Of a stretch of 64,000 bases of DNA, positions 9,212 through 20,364 are shown one piece after another. Numbering within the stretch: the first letter of the stretch is position 1; each line of letters starts with the position of its first letter. A program made the translations under genes and the position numbers. The stretch comes from Spirochaetia bacterium (GTDB taxonomy: Bacteria > Spirochaetota > Spirochaetia > DSM-2461): assembly GCA_963668315.1 (NCBI GenBank), contig OY764216.1, positions 3,776,001-3,840,000 of the forward strand, written 5' to 3'. A model generated the notes under the pieces. It was given only the letters and a program-made list of their open reading frames with translations. It did not search any database and was not told the origin of the DNA.

Positions 9212-10197
9212 ATCTTCTCTTTTCCCTTGACCATCTCACCGATGACATAGGACGTTTCACCGGCCGATTCCAGAACCTGCTGAACCGCTTTTACCTGTTC
9301 TTTGGGAAGAACGATGGCAAAGCCGATTCCCATGTTATAGGTTCCCCACATTTCCTCTTCGGGAACACCCTTGGACGCGATCAGATCGAAGATGGCGGGG
9401 CGGGGAAAGGAATCCTTTCTAATCTGGGCACACAGCCCGTCGGGGATGATGCGGGGGATATTCTCGATAAGCCCGCCCCCTGTGATATGGGCCATGCCGT
9501 TGATGCTGAATCCGCCGAGGAGCTCGAGGACCTGGCTCACATAGACTTTGGTCGGCTTGAGCAGCTCCTCATGGAGGGGACGGCCGTTGAAATCCATATT
9601 ATAATCGGGAAGGACCTTTCTCGTCAGGCTGAAGCCGTTGCTGTGGAGTCCGTTGGAAGGAAGGCCCAGAATGACGTCTCCCTTGTCGATGGCCGAACCG
9701 TTGATGATCTTTTCCTTATCCACAATGCCCACGCAGAAACCGGCCATATCATAGTCGCCATCCTTATAGAAGCCGGGCATCTCGGCCGTTTCTCCCCCCA
9801 CCAGGGCGCATCCGGCCTCTTCGCAGGCATGGGCGATTCCGGTCACCAGCCGGGAAGAGACCTCAGCCTCCAGTTTCCCGCAGGCAAGATAGTCCAGAAA
9901 AAAGAGAGGCTTTGCCCCGTGGCAGAGAATATCATTGGCGCACATGGCAAAACAGTCCTGTCCCACCGTATCATAATTCTTCACGGCAAAGGCGATTTCC
10001 AGTTTGGTTCCCACCCCGTCCGTTCCGGAGACCAGCACGGGATTCTTGATGTTTTTCGGCAGTTCAAACAGAGAGCCGAAACTTCCCAGACCGGCCAGAA
10101 CGCCCACTCCGTGGGTGCGGCTGACCGCTTCCTTGATCATATCGACCGCTTTGTAACCCTCTTCCTTATCCACACCGGAATCTTTGTAACTTATCAT
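9199..10197 (-). CDS. purM: Phosphoribosylformylglycinamidine cyclo-ligase (AIR synthetase)
   Basis: SYKDSGVD, TDGVGTK, GGETAEMPG, SNGLHSNGFSL and HITGGG motifs. Confidence 0.96.
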   Translation of the reverse strand: MISYKDSGVDKEEGYKAVDMIKEAVSRTHGVGVLAGLGSFGSLFELPKNIKNPVLVSGTDGVGTKLEIAFAVKNYDTVGQDCFAMCANDILCHGAKPLFFLDYLACGKLEAEVSSRLVTGIAHACEEAGCALVGGETAEMPGFYKDGDYDMAGFCVGIVDKEKIINGSAIDKGDVILGLPSNGLHSNGFSLTRKVLPDYNMDFNGRPLHEELLKPTKVYVSQVLELLGGFSINGMAHITGGGLIENIPRIIPDGLCAQIRKDSFPRPAIFDLIASKGVPEEEMWGTYNMGIGFAIVLPKEQVKAVQQVLESAGETSYVIGEMVKGKEKICLV

Positions 10198-10967
10198 TTT
10201 GACCTACCCTTCTTCATGCAAATAAACGAACTGAAATTGAACCAGGTAAAGAAGATATCCACCGATTCAAAACCGCATTCGTAAAAAAGCTCTTTCTCTT
10301 CTTCTATTTTATAAGGAATCAGCACATTTTCCAGTGCTTCCCGTTTCCTTGATATCTCCATTTCGCTGTAGCCGTTCTTCCGCTTCATATGGTAGTAGTT
10401 ATCCATGAAGATACGGCTGGCATCGGTATGGCTCTGCAGGGTTTTGTCGCTGACCAGCAGCACACCGTTGTGGTTGAGCCCCCGATAGATTTTTCCGATC
10501 AGCTCTTCCCGTGCCAGGGGGTCGATGAACTGCAGAGTATAATTCATAACGACCACAGAGGCGTTTTCTATCTCCCGGTTTTCCAGATCATCACAATAGA
10601 CGGAAATCTTGTCTGAAGCCAGTTCCAGCTTCCCGATCTTTTCCCCGGCCTCACGGCACATGGCGTCCGAATTGTCAATTCCGATAATTCGGTAATCGTC
10701 TATGCCCCGTTCCCTGAAAGCTTCCGCAAACAGGGCCATGGTGGTTCCCGTGGAACAGCCCAGGTCGTAAATGCGGGTCCCGGGTTTGAAAAAAGTCATT
10801 CCCAGGGTCGTCACCATGCGCTGGACTTCCTTGTACCAGGGAATGCTCCTTTCGGCCATATCGTCAAATACATGGGCGACTTTCTCGTTAAACTCGAAAG
10901 GTTTTACTTCGCCCTCTCCGTGGAATACCCTGTCGACCTTCTCGTCGGGTCTTTTCTCACCGCCCAT
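10194..10967 (-). CDS. cmoA: Carboxy-S-adenosyl-L-methionine synthase
   Basis: FxFNEKVAHVFDDMAERSIPWY, YDLGCSTG, NYTLQF and NGYSEMEISRKREALENV, including the CmoA-type KR. Confidence 0.88.
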   Translation of the reverse strand: MGGEKRPDEKVDRVFHGEGEVKPFEFNEKVAHVFDDMAERSIPWYKEVQRMVTTLGMTFFKPGTRIYDLGCSTGTTMALFAEAFRERGIDDYRIIGIDNSDAMCREAGEKIGKLELASDKISVYCDDLENREIENASVVVMNYTLQFIDPLAREELIGKIYRGLNHNGVLLVSDKTLQSHTDASRIFMDNYYHMKRKNGYSEMEISRKREALENVLIPYKIEEEKELFYECGFESVDIFFTWFNFSSFICMKKGRSK

Positions 10968-11812
10968 CAGAAACTGCGGGCCCTTTTTATTTTTTCATAG
11001 GAGTCCTGAATCTCCTGAAACTTTTCCGTGGCGAATTGGGTGAACTCTGCGGGCAGTCCTTTCGCGGCGATTTTATCCGGATGGAATTCGGCGACTTTCT
11101 TTCTGTAAATCTTCTTTATTTCCTCATCGCTGGCACTGGGAGAAAGCCCCAGGCTGCTGTAGGCGCTGGCCAGGTCGCCTCCCGCTGAAGTGGAGGCTCC
11201 GGAGGATCGTCCCGAACCGCCGGAAGAGTGGCCGGAGGATCCGTAGGCGCCGCTGTAATAACCGTAGCTGCGGGAATTCCCCTCATTCAATTTGAACAGA
11301 GAGGCGGCTTCTTCAAGGATTTCTTTCTCCTTGGGACTGATGGTCCCGTCGGCTGCGGCAACCTGCTGAAGCAGATTATAGGCCAGTTCCAGTATGGCGG
11401 GACGATTATGGTAATGGTTATAGAGATGCTGCGCCCAATAGGTGAAATTCCTTGTCCTGTCCTGGCAAGCCTTGTTGAAATACTCCAGAGCCGCCTGCTG
11501 GCTCTCGGGATTCAGACCGAGCTGGGCTGACATGAACTGCCTGATAACTCTTTCTTCACTGGCGGAAACGACTCCGTCGGCGCTGGCGATTTTCCCCAGC
11601 ATGGAAAAAATGCTCTCGAAAAAAGCTTCGCTGTCCCGGTTCAGACCACCGAAGTCATTGCCGAAAAAGGTACCCCTCTTACGAAAATTGTAAGCCCCCC
11701 GGGACGAAGACCCCATCACGACGCCAATAACCAGCCCCAGAAAGGGCAGCCCGATGAGACTGCCGATCATGAGACCTATAAATCCGCCCAGTACGGGGCC
11801 TATAAAAAACAT
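10967..11812 (-). CDS. djlA: DjlA-like co-chaperone (TM anchor, TerB-like domain, C-terminal J domain)
   Basis: Gly-rich N-terminal TM helices, two ADGxxSxxE TerB motifs, and a J domain FHPDKIAAKGLP...KFQEIQ. Confidence 0.85.
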   Translation of the reverse strand: MFFIGPVLGGFIGLMIGSLIGLPFLGLVIGVVMGSSSRGAYNFRKRGTFFGNDFGGLNRDSEAFFESIFSMLGKIASADGVVSASEERVIRQFMSAQLGLNPESQQAALEYFNKACQDRTRNFTYWAQHLYNHYHNRPAILELAYNLLQQVAAADGTISPKEKEILEEAASLFKLNEGNSRSYGYYSGAYGSSGHSSGGSGRSSGASTSAGGDLASAYSSLGLSPSASDEEIKKIYRKKVAEFHPDKIAAKGLPAEFTQFATEKFQEIQDSYEKIKRARSF

Positions 11813-11920
11813 AGAAAGCTCCTGAGTGTAGCGCGATACGGCTGCCGGTAAGTCAATAATGCCGTATCCGATTCATACCTAATATACTAAATCCTGCCGT
11901 AACAATCCATAAACGGGGTA

Positions 11921-13675
11921 TTACATTTTTGCAAGAAACGGAATATTAATCAGGTCAAAACCGTTTTTCAACATCTCAAGGACGGCCAGGGAAAGCTGCA
12001 GCCGTGCTTTTGCCAGAGTTGTATTTTCATTATTCAGAATCGGATTGTCATGGTAGTAGCGGGAAAAGACTTTTGCTCCGTTATACAGGGCGGCCGCGAT
12101 AAGGGAGGGATTATGGTCCTTCCCCGCCTGTTCAACCACCCGGGGGAAATCGGCCAGAATGCCGACCAGTTCCCACTCCTCGTCGGCGGTCAGCAGTGTT
12201 CCGTCCACCTGTGAATCTTCCGTATTCCATCCCATCTCGCGGGCTTTCCGCTCCATGCTGCAGATACGGGCAGCCATATACTGAAGGTAAGGCCCGGTAT
12301 TGCCGTTGAAGGAGAGGGACTCCTTGGGATTAAAAACCATATCTTTCTTGGGAGTAACCTGAAGGAGATAGTAATGGAGGGCGGCCAAAGTGACGGCGTC
12401 CGCCGTGGCCCGGGCGTCTTCCACTTCCTCTTCCCTTCCCTTGGCGCGTATCTCTTCGAGAGCCAGATCGGAAAGATTGGCAATCAGATCATCCGCATCG
12501 ACAACGGTTCCCTCACGGGACTTCATCTTGCCGTCGGGAAGATTGACCATGCCGTAGGAGAGATGATAAAGGTCCTCGGCCCACTGATAACCCAGCTTTT
12601 TCAGAATGTAGAAGAGGACCTGAAAATGGTAATCCTGCTCGTTTCCCACCACATAGATGAGCTGGTCAAAGGGCCAGTCGTTCTGCCGGGAGATGGCTGT
12701 TCCGATATCCTGGGTGATATAAACGCTGGTTCCGTCGCTTCTGAGAAGAACCTTCGTATCCAGTCCTATCTCGGACATGTCCACACGGGTACTGCCGTCC
12801 TCGTCCTTGTAGAAGATACCCTTCTCAAGTCCCTTAAGTATGTTTTCCTTACCCAGCTTGTAGAGCTGGCTCTCGTAGTAGTATTTATCAAAGGAGACAT
12901 TGGTTTTCCTGTAAGTTTCGCCGATTCCGTCAAGGGTCCACTTATTCATGGTTTCCCAGAGTTTTCTGACCTCTTCATCGCCGGCTTCCCACTTCTGAAG
13001 CATCTCCTGAGCCTGCTTCTCGGCCGTATCATCCTCTTTAGCCCACTGGGCGAATTTCACATAGTAATCCCCGACCAGTCGGTCGCCCTTGATTCCGGTG
13101 GATTCGGGCGTATCCCCCTGGCCGAATTTCTTATAGGCCAGCATGGACTTGCAGATATGGACACCCCGATCATTGACAAGAATAACCTTCTGCACATCCG
13201 CCCCGTTCGCCTTGAGAATGCGCGCGGAACTCTCGCCCAGAGCATCGTTACGCAAATGGCCGAGATGGAGGGGCTTATTCGTATTGGGGCTGGAGAATTC
13301 GATCATGATCTTGCGGCCCTTCAGAGAGTCGTTGTTTCCCCAGGTACCTTGTGAGGTAAGAACGTTCTTCAAGGTTTCGGAAACGATATTCTCCCTTTTG
13401 AGGAAGACATTCACATAAGGGCCGGCCGCTTCCACCCTGCCGTGGGATGATTCGCCCAGGCGGGAAGCCACTTCCGATGCAAGCTGAGGGGGCGCCATGC
13501 GGAATTCCTTGGCAAAGGGAAACAGGGGGAAAGCGATATCACCCATATCCGCTTTGGGAGGCCTGGCCCCTTTAAGGCGTGCTTCCGCACCGTTTAATTC
13601 AATATTCTTTTCCGAAGCCAGTATTTTAAGGGTTTCAGCAATCTGCTTAACCCATTCTCCATTCCAATCGGCCAT
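11921..13675 (-). CDS. argS: Arginine--tRNA ligase
   Basis: EFSSPNTNKPLHLGHLRN (HIGH), KMKSREG, GNTGPYLQY and a DALR-type C-terminus. Confidence 0.97.
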   Translation of the reverse strand: MADWNGEWVKQIAETLKILASEKNIELNGAEARLKGARPPKADMGDIAFPLFPFAKEFRMAPPQLASEVASRLGESSHGRVEAAGPYVNVFLKRENIVSETLKNVLTSQGTWGNNDSLKGRKIMIEFSSPNTNKPLHLGHLRNDALGESSARILKANGADVQKVILVNDRGVHICKSMLAYKKFGQGDTPESTGIKGDRLVGDYYVKFAQWAKEDDTAEKQAQEMLQKWEAGDEEVRKLWETMNKWTLDGIGETYRKTNVSFDKYYYESQLYKLGKENILKGLEKGIFYKDEDGSTRVDMSEIGLDTKVLLRSDGTSVYITQDIGTAISRQNDWPFDQLIYVVGNEQDYHFQVLFYILKKLGYQWAEDLYHLSYGMVNLPDGKMKSREGTVVDADDLIANLSDLALEEIRAKGREEEVEDARATADAVTLAALHYYLLQVTPKKDMVFNPKESLSFNGNTGPYLQYMAARICSMERKAREMGWNTEDSQVDGTLLTADEEWELVGILADFPRVVEQAGKDHNPSLIAAALYNGAKVFSRYYHDNPILNNENTTLAKARLQLSLAVLEMLKNGFDLINIPFLAKM

Positions 13676-13707
13676 AATCTATCCTTTGTCTTAATCGCTA
13701 AAACAGA

Positions 13708-13737
13708 AATATACCAGATAGAAAGGGCTCCGGTCAA
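13708..13737 (-). promoter_or_regulatory. Sigma70-type promoter of argS
   Basis: TTGACC-N18-TATATT with a TG extension, followed by an AAGGA Shine-Dalgarno. Confidence 0.55.
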
Positions 13738-15461
13738 TTTCCCTTGGCGATTTTTTCTTCCAGTGAGACGATGTCGGCAAGGGATTTATGAAAACTCGAA
13801 ACCAGAAACTCCAGGGAGATCAGATCATTTTTGAATTCCCTGTTACGTGTCCCCCCCAGTTCGGAGTAGTTGGAAAGGGTGTCGTAGGCACCCCCCGACC
13901 CCATGATAATGCCCTTGAGAAGACTGGAGAGGGAGGAGAAGATTTCCATCCCGTCATGGATGATCTGATAGGCCTCACGGTCGGCCATATTCCTGGCTGT
14001 CAGCAGCTTCTCTTTCCCCTCTCTGGTATCCAGACCGGCTTTATGAACATCCTGGAATCTTATGTAGAAACTGCCGTCCAGAAGAAAGGAAACGGTGAAA
14101 TTTCTGAGTTTTGAAGGGAGCGACTGGAGTCTCTCGTAGGTCTCGGAAAACTCCGCCCTGTTGTCGCGGCGGTAAAAATCCCCGTTAATCTGCACCATAT
14201 TCAAAGGTCCGTAATATTTTTCCTGAATGATCTTGTTAAAAAAGACGCTCAGAACGGAAAGGGATGTCTCATAAGTAAAGGGAACGGACAACTGAAAGGA
14301 AGCGGCCCTGTAGCCCATGATAGGCTCGATAAACTTTATCCCCCAGGTGGCGCCGAGGGTACTGATCATATCCCTTTTTTTCTTGTCATTCACAAAACGG
14401 CGGAATCTTTCATCAATGGTGCTTTTCAGAAAAGTCTTGTAATGGCGCAGTGCCCCTTCCCCTCCGGTAATGGGTATGGGCTGGTAATTGATGTTATCGG
14501 TGAGAACTTTCAGAAGATCGGTAAGGGGTATCTGTTTGTTGAATTCCCTGATGGAGCTCAGCCCTTCAACCGCCGCTCCTATCTGCCGATGGAGTTTTTC
14601 TTCCAGATTCTCAGCCCCTTCCGGTTCTCCGTCGGTCAGTTCCGATTTATATTCAAAGAGAAAAAAAGCCTCCAGAAGTGTGATATCCGGCGGCTGCTTG
14701 AAGGAAGAGAGAATATCGTTCAGGACCAGAAGATACTGCTTGATCTTATCCAGATCGACGAAACCGGTTATCCCCTCTTCATCGGTATAGAAGGGTTTCA
14801 AAAGTCGATCAAAATCATACTGCGCCAGGTTCTGAAGCTGTCTGGTGACCGATGAATAGAGCATGAGTTTTCTCTGTTTTTCATCGTCAAGACTTTTCAG
14901 AATCTTCTCATAGTTTTCCTCGATCATCCGGTGGATCTGATTGACCGTCTGATCCGGATTGCTTGCCTCCAGATAAAAGGGATCGGTCTCCCGGTAGATC
15001 TCCTCTTCCTTTTTCCCCAGAACCCGGTTCGTCAGGAAAATGAAAAAATCCTCCTTCTCCTTCATGGCGATGAACAGCGGTTCCCGGAAGGTATGATAGG
15101 ACTTGTCCATATTATTGAGAAGATTATAGAAAGGGGGAAGCCCCTGTTTTTTATCAAGTTTGAAATAGCGAGAATAATCGCGCCCGAGTTTTCTTCTCAG
15201 GCGGTTGATGAAGGTATGAAGTATGACATCGCCCTTGTCCCGGCCGGAAAAAAGGCTGATGAAAAAGACGATGATACGCGTAAAAAAATCAGATTTATAG
15301 TAGTACTCGATGGGATCGACATCCTCTGCCGGCTCTTCCGGTTCGGGAAGAGTCATCGGTTCGGCAGAAAGGGTAAAAGTCTCTTCGATCTTCCGCAGCA
15401 TCTCCTTACGTTCCGTCGTAGAGAGAGATGCTACAAGCCGATCGAATTGAGACTTCACCAT
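13734..15461 (-). CDS. Conserved spirochete protein (DUF5312-like)
   Basis: 575-aa helical ORF coupled to carB. The N-terminus FDRLVASLSTTERKEML and the motif INGDFYRRDNRAEF resemble the DUF5312 family from memory. Confidence 0.6.
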   Translation of the reverse strand: MVKSQFDRLVASLSTTERKEMLRKIEETFTLSAEPMTLPEPEEPAEDVDPIEYYYKSDFFTRIIVFFISLFSGRDKGDVILHTFINRLRRKLGRDYSRYFKLDKKQGLPPFYNLLNNMDKSYHTFREPLFIAMKEKEDFFIFLTNRVLGKKEEEIYRETDPFYLEASNPDQTVNQIHRMIEENYEKILKSLDDEKQRKLMLYSSVTRQLQNLAQYDFDRLLKPFYTDEEGITGFVDLDKIKQYLLVLNDILSSFKQPPDITLLEAFFLFEYKSELTDGEPEGAENLEEKLHRQIGAAVEGLSSIREFNKQIPLTDLLKVLTDNINYQPIPITGGEGALRHYKTFLKSTIDERFRRFVNDKKKRDMISTLGATWGIKFIEPIMGYRAASFQLSVPFTYETSLSVLSVFFNKIIQEKYYGPLNMVQINGDFYRRDNRAEFSETYERLQSLPSKLRNFTVSFLLDGSFYIRFQDVHKAGLDTREGKEKLLTARNMADREAYQIIHDGMEIFSSLSSLLKGIIMGSGGAYDTLSNYSELGGTRNREFKNDLISLEFLVSSFHKSLADIVSLEEKIAKGN

Positions 15462-15462
15462 A

Positions 15463-18400
15463 TCAGAGCTCGTAATCTCCTTCGGGAAGGGGTTTGACGG
15501 CTACTTCCTTCGTCCTCAGATACTCGATTGCCTTGACGGCGGCGGCAGCCGAGCTGGTCGTCGTGGTATAGGGAATCTTTCTCCTAACCGCCTCGGCCCT
15601 CAGATAGGAATCGTCGATCTGGGAAAACTGTCCCATGGGCGTGTTGATGAGAAGGTTCATCCTTCCCGCCTGCATATGATCCACCACGTTGGGATGCCCC
15701 TCGTGGACCTTGAGGATCACTTCGGAAAAAATTCCCTTCTGGAAGAGAAAATCCGCCGTGCCCCGGGTTGCGCAGATCTGAAAGCCCATGTCCTGGAACT
15801 GCTTGATAACGGGCAGTATCGTCTCGCGGTCCCTTTTATTGACCGAGACGAAGATACGTCCTTCCGTGGGCAGCTTTGTCCCCACGGCGGCCTCCACCTT
15901 GGCAAAGGCTTCGCCGAAAGTCGCCCCCGTACCGATGGCCTCACCGGTGGACTTCATTTCCGGTCCCAGAATGGGATCGAGTCCGGAGAACCGATCGAAA
16001 CTGAAGACGGCTTCTTTTACGGACCAGCCGGTCAGACAGGAGCCGATGCCCACACCGTCATCCCCGACGAGCCCCTGGCTTACCAGGTCCTCTCCGAGCC
16101 AGACGCGGACCGCCGCCTCCACCAGGTTGACTCCGGTGGACTTGGAAATAAAGGGTACCGTACGGGAACCGCGGGGGTTCACCTCGATGATGAAAAGTTT
16201 TCCGTCCTTGACGGCGAACTGGATATTCATCAGTCCCTTGACGTTGAACTCCCGGGCCATCTTGACGGCCGCTTCCTTCATCTCCTCTTCCACTTCCGGC
16301 TGGGATTTGTAGGGGGGATAGACGCAGGCCGAGTCACCCGAGTGGATACCTGCGGCTTCAATGTGCTGCATGATTCCGCCCACGTAAACGTTATGCCCGT
16401 CGCAGACAGCATCCAGATCGTACTCAAAGGCGTCTTCCAGGAACTGGTCGACCAGAACGGGCCTTGCGTCTGAGATGGTAATGCCCCGACTCAGGAACTC
16501 ATCCAGCTCCCTGTCCTCATAGGCGATAAACATACTTCTTCCGCCCAGGACAAAGGAGGGCCTCAGAAGTACGGGAAAACCGATTTCCCGTGCGTACTCC
16601 CGTACTTCCCTCTCATTCCGGGCGCTCCGGTTATCCGGCTGGCGCAGACCCAGTTTTTTCACCGCGTCTGAAAAGAGGCGGCGGTCTTCGGTCATATCGA
16701 TATTCTCGACACTGGTTCCAACGACACGGGCTCCGGCGTCTTCCAGCTCCTTAACCATGTTAAGAGGAGTCTGGCCACCGAGCTGAACCACCACGTCCTT
16801 GACCTTTTCCTTACGCATCACATCAATTACATGCTCCGCCGTAAGGGGCTCCAGATAGAGCCGGCTGGAGATATTGAAGTCGGTGGAAACCGTTTCCGGA
16901 TTGGAGTTGACCATAATGGTCTTGTAACCGTGTTTTCTGTACATGAGAGAAGCCAGGGTACAGCAGGTGTCGAACTCCAGGCCCTGTCCGATTCTGTTGG
17001 GACCGGACGCCACGATGATGACAGCCTTCTCCTTCTCTCCGATAGGCTCCCCTTCATCGACTTCACCCCAGGTGGAGTAGAAATAGGGAGTTTCCGCTTT
17101 GAACTCACCGGCGCAGGTATCGACCAGATGATAACAGGGAGCGTGCCTGCTTCTGAACTGTTCGGTTACTTCCTTGAGGGAAAAACCGCTGATAGTGGCG
17201 ATCCGTTCGTCGGAAAGGCCCATTCTTTTGGCTTCAAGGTAGAGATCGTCGTTAAGTTCGGCTCTTCTGAGTTTCTTCTCGAACCGGACCTGCTCAACAA
17301 GGGCATAGAGAAACCATTTGTCGAAACCGGTCTTGGCTGCCAGATCATCAAGTACGTCCTCCCCGTCCCTCTTGAGGATCGTGAAGGCGGCGAGGAACCT
17401 GTGGGGATGGGCGGTGACAAGGATATTTTCCAGTTCATCCGCCGAATATTTGGTCAGTTCGGTTAGTCCGTCGAATCCCGCTTCGGCGGCGCGGATGGCC
17501 TTGTTGATGGCTTCGATGGCGGTACGGCCCATGGCAAGGGATTCGCCCACAGACTTCATCTGCGTTCCCAGGGCGGAGTATCCGGTGGGGAACTTTTCCA
17601 TTTCGAAGCGGGGCACCTTGACGGCGCAGTAGTCCAGGGCCGGTTCGAAACAGCTGGCGGTCACTCCGGTGATTTCGTTGACAACCTCGTCGAGGGTGTA
17701 GCCGACGGCCAGTTTGGCCGAACAGCGGGCGATGGGAAAACCGGTGGCCTTACTGGCCAGAGCGGAAGAACGGGAGACACGGGGGTTCATTTCGATGACG
17801 ATCATCCGTCCGTCTTCCGGATTCAGGGCGAACTGTACGTTCGATCCGCCGCAGTCGACGCCGATGGCCCTGAGGATATCGATGGACGCTTTTCGCATCA
17901 TCTGATATTCCCGGTCCGAAAGGGTCTGGGTGGGAGCGATAGTGATACTGTCTCCCGTATGGACGCCCATGGGATCGATATTCTCGATGGAACATACGAT
18001 GATGGCGTTATCATTCTTATCGCGCATGACCTCCATCTCGAACTCTTTCCATCCGATAAGGGACTCTTCAATCAGAGCTTCGTGGGTGGGGCTCTCCATG
18101 AGGGCTCTCTCGACGATTTTCTCGAGATCGGCTCTGTCCTGAGCGATGGCTCCTCCCATTCCCCCCAGGGTGAAACTGGGACGGATGACCAGGGGATAGC
18201 CCACCTGATCTACCATTTTAAGGGCGTCATCCAGAGAATGGGCCACAATGGACTGGGGAGATTCCAGGCCGAGGGCTTCGATCACTTTCTTAAACTCGCC
18301 CCGGTCTTCGGCTTTATTAATGGACTCGGCACTGGCGCCGATGATTTCCACATTGTACTTTTTCAGAATCCCCAGCGCTTCCAGTTCCAGGGAGAGGTTC

Positions 18401-18687
18401 AGAGCCGTCTGGCCTCCCATGGTGGAAAGGAGGGCGTCGGGCTTCTCTTTCCGGATGATTTCTTCCACGTAAGCCGGAGTCAGAGGCTCCACATAAATGG
18501 CGTCGGCAATGGTGGGCGTAGTCATGACCGTGGCGGGATTGGGGTTGACCAGTATAACCTGGTATCCCTCTTCCTTCAAAGCCTTAACGGCCTGGACGCC
18601 GGAATAGTCGAATTCGCAGGCCTGACCGATAACGATGGGGCCAGAACCTATTATCATTATTTTCTTGATGTCTGTTCTTGCGGGCAT
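15463..18687 (-). CDS. carB: Carbamoyl-phosphate synthase large subunit
   Basis: [18 protein letters not shown], duplicated ATP-grasp domains, [18 protein letters not shown] and a C-terminal MGS domain. Confidence 0.98.
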   Translation of the reverse strand: MPARTDIKKIMIIGSGPIVIGQACEFDYSGVQAVKALKEEGYQVILVNPNPATVMTTPTIADAIYVEPLTPAYVEEIIRKEKPDALLSTMGGQTALNLSLELEALGILKKYNVEIIGASAESINKAEDRGEFKKVIEALGLESPQSIVAHSLDDALKMVDQVGYPLVIRPSFTLGGMGGAIAQDRADLEKIVERALMESPTHEALIEESLIGWKEFEMEVMRDKNDNAIIVCSIENIDPMGVHTGDSITIAPTQTLSDREYQMMRKASIDILRAIGVDCGGSNVQFALNPEDGRMIVIEMNPRVSRSSALASKATGFPIARCSAKLAVGYTLDEVVNEITGVTASCFEPALDYCAVKVPRFEMEKFPTGYSALGTQMKSVGESLAMGRTAIEAINKAIRAAEAGFDGLTELTKYSADELENILVTAHPHRFLAAFTILKRDGEDVLDDLAAKTGFDKWFLYALVEQVRFEKKLRRAELNDDLYLEAKRMGLSDERIATISGFSLKEVTEQFRSRHAPCYHLVDTCAGEFKAETPYFYSTWGEVDEGEPIGEKEKAVIIVASGPNRIGQGLEFDTCCTLASLMYRKHGYKTIMVNSNPETVSTDFNISSRLYLEPLTAEHVIDVMRKEKVKDVVVQLGGQTPLNMVKELEDAGARVVGTSVENIDMTEDRRLFSDAVKKLGLRQPDNRSARNEREVREYAREIGFPVLLRPSFVLGGRSMFIAYEDRELDEFLSRGITISDARPVLVDQFLEDAFEYDLDAVCDGHNVYVGGIMQHIEAAGIHSGDSACVYPPYKSQPEVEEEMKEAAVKMAREFNVKGLMNIQFAVKDGKLFIIEVNPRGSRTVPFISKSTGVNLVEAAVRVWLGEDLVSQGLVGDDGVGIGSCLTGWSVKEAVFSFDRFSGLDPILGPEMKSTGEAIGTGATFGEAFAKVEAAVGTKLPTEGRIFVSVNKRDRETILPVIKQFQDMGFQICATRGTADFLFQKGIFSEVILKVHEGHPNVVDHMQAGRMNLLINTPMGQFSQIDDSYLRAEAVRRKIPYTTTTSSAAAAVKAIEYLRTKEVAVKPLPEGDYEL

Positions 18688-18692
18688 GGGAA

Positions 18693-19901
18693 CTACGCTC
18701 CTGTTATTATGTCGAGGAAGGCCTGGAATATCCAGCTGGAATCAACAGGCCCCGGGGCGGCTTCCGGGTGGAACTGTACACAGAGGATTTTCTTCTCCGG
18801 TACTTCAATACCTTCAATGGAACCGTCGTTGGCATTGACAAACCTGACCCTCGCACCTTCGGGAAGAGAATCGGGATCGACGGCAAAACCGTGATTCTGG
18901 GAGGTCACGAAAACTTTGCCGGTGACCTCGTCGCGAACGGGATGGTTGCACCCATGATGGCCGAACTTCATTTTGAACGTCCGGGCTCCCAGAGCCTGTG
19001 AGATGATCTGATGTCCGAGACAGATACCGAGAATCGGCATCGTCCCCATGAGACCTTCAACCAGAGCGGTCTGCTCTTTGAGGGGGGCCGGGTCTCCCGG
19101 TCCGTTGGACAGGAAAAGCGCCTGGGCTCCGGACTTTTTAACGTCCTCCGCCGTGGCATGGGAAGGAAGCTGGGTTACCCGGCATCCGAGCTGCTGAAAC
19201 TCCCGGAGTATATTCGCCTTGAGACCGCAGTCCAGAAGGGCGATATGGGCTGTTTCCTTATTAACCGGCGGAACGGTCTTCACCGCGACAGGTTCGGCTT
19301 CGTCAAGGGAGCATTCGCAGGAAGCGCCCGTCCCGACCTCACCGATGAGATTCGCCCCTTCCATGGAAGGCATGGAGGCGAAATAGCCGGACAGGACCTT
19401 TTTATCACTGTCGCTCAGGTCATTGCCGTTCTCCGATGTCACGATAACACCGTTGCAGCTTCCCTTGTCCCTGAGCCTCAGAGTCAGCCCTCTCGTATCG
19501 ATATCACTGATGCCGCAAATCCCGTTTTTTTTCAGAAAGGCATCAAGGGTGCCCCTACCTTCCGGAACAGGACCGGTGTAAAGAGAACGGAGGATAAACC
19601 CGGAACATTTGATCTCTCTCAAATCCCGATCGATTTCCTTTCCGGTCTCGGACCATCGGGAATCATCGCCGTAGTTTCCCCCGTGGGGATAGGTCATCAT
19701 AATCATCTGGCCCGTATAAGAAGGATCGGTCAGAACTTCATGATACCCGGTCATTCCCGTATTGAAGACAATTTCTCCGGAAAATCTCACAGGAAGTGCT
19801 TCGCCGGAAAGCTGCGAAGGTTTCGGCGGTATTGCACCAAACGCCGAACCCCGATAAACCGTACCATCATCCAGTACTAGGAAGTCTTTTCCTTTACCCA
19901 T
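18693..19901 (-). CDS. carA: Carbamoyl-phosphate synthase small subunit
   Basis: [26 protein letters not shown] and QFHPEA (glutamine amidotransferase triad). Confidence 0.97.
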   Translation of the reverse strand: MGKGKDFLVLDDGTVYRGSAFGAIPPKPSQLSGEALPVRFSGEIVFNTGMTGYHEVLTDPSYTGQMIMMTYPHGGNYGDDSRWSETGKEIDRDLREIKCSGFILRSLYTGPVPEGRGTLDAFLKKNGICGISDIDTRGLTLRLRDKGSCNGVIVTSENGNDLSDSDKKVLSGYFASMPSMEGANLIGEVGTGASCECSLDEAEPVAVKTVPPVNKETAHIALLDCGLKANILREFQQLGCRVTQLPSHATAEDVKKSGAQALFLSNGPGDPAPLKEQTALVEGLMGTMPILGICLGHQIISQALGARTFKMKFGHHGCNHPVRDEVTGKVFVTSQNHGFAVDPDSLPEGARVRFVNANDGSIEGIEVPEKKILCVQFHPEAAPGPVDSSWIFQAFLDIITGA

Positions 19902-19959
19902 CTGAACCCCTTTATCTTAACTATATGGGTGAATATCAAAAAAATCTATAATTCCGTTT

Positions 19960-19992
19960 AAAAAAAAGGCGGCCTTTTAAAAAGCCGCCTTT
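19960..19992 (-). terminator. Intrinsic terminator of the tRNA pair
   Basis: AAAGGCGGC/GCCGCCTTT stem followed by a T8 run on the minus strand, immediately downstream of tRNA-Glu. Confidence 0.8.
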
Positions 19993-20005
19993 CATTTGCT
20001 TAGAG

Positions 20006-20077
20006 TAGTCCCTAGGGGAATCGAACCCCTATTTGAAGAATGAGAATCTCCTGTCCTAACCGTTAGACGAAGGGACC
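20006..20077 (-). tRNA. tRNA-Glu (anticodon CUC), CCA not encoded
   Basis: GGTCCCT/AGGGACT acceptor stem, GGAGA-TTCTCAT-TCTTC anticodon arm, GGTTCGATTCC T arm. Confidence 0.95.
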
Positions 20078-20084
20078 CAAAATG

Positions 20085-20156
20085 CTTCCCGAGGAGGACT
20101 CGAACCCCCAAAGGCAGAACCAGAATCTGCAGTGTTACCGATTACACTATCGGGAA
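20085..20156 (-). tRNA. tRNA-Gln (anticodon CUG), CCA not encoded
   Basis: TTCCCGA/TCGGGAA acceptor stem, GCAGA-TTCTGGT-TCTGC anticodon arm, GGTTCGAGTCC T arm. Confidence 0.95.
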
Positions 20157-20190
20157 GTGTTATGTTTAAGCTTTTCAAAAGCTGTGACGG

Positions 20191-20219
20191 ATAATAACGA
20201 AAATCCGAAAAACTGTCAA
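20191..20219 (-). promoter_or_regulatory. Strong sigma70 promoter for the tRNA-Gln/tRNA-Glu operon
   Basis: TTGACA-N17-TATTAT, about 35 nt upstream of tRNA-Gln. Confidence 0.8.
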
Positions 20220-20364
20220 TCCTTTTATCGAAAAAGATCATGAAATTAAAATTCCCACCCTCTTTGCACCTTCTATGTTCCTATCAGCCCTGCAATTGCG
20301 TATTACTATTGAAATAATCATCTTCCTTGGTATATGATGCTTCCGCACGAATGGAGGATAAAAT

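Noticed and set aside
11170..11270. Gly/Ser-rich low-complexity stretch in djlA
   Set aside because: It is an ordinary interdomain linker, not a tandem DNA repeat or phase-variable tract.
12374..19880. Several 260-330-aa plus-strand ORFs opposite argS, carB and carA
   Set aside because: They lie opposite strongly conserved genes and show no motifs or ribosome-binding sites.
19902..20085. Possible integration island at the tRNA 3' ends
   Set aside because: No integrase or duplicated tRNA 3' end was seen; the terminator and carA follow directly.
20056..20241. 61-aa ORF on the minus strand
   Set aside because: It runs across tRNA-Gln, tRNA-Glu and their promoter.
20220..20364. Possible lysine riboswitch upstream of aspartate kinase
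   Set aside because: The region is too short, is occupied by divergent promoters, and shows no L-box features or leader terminator.
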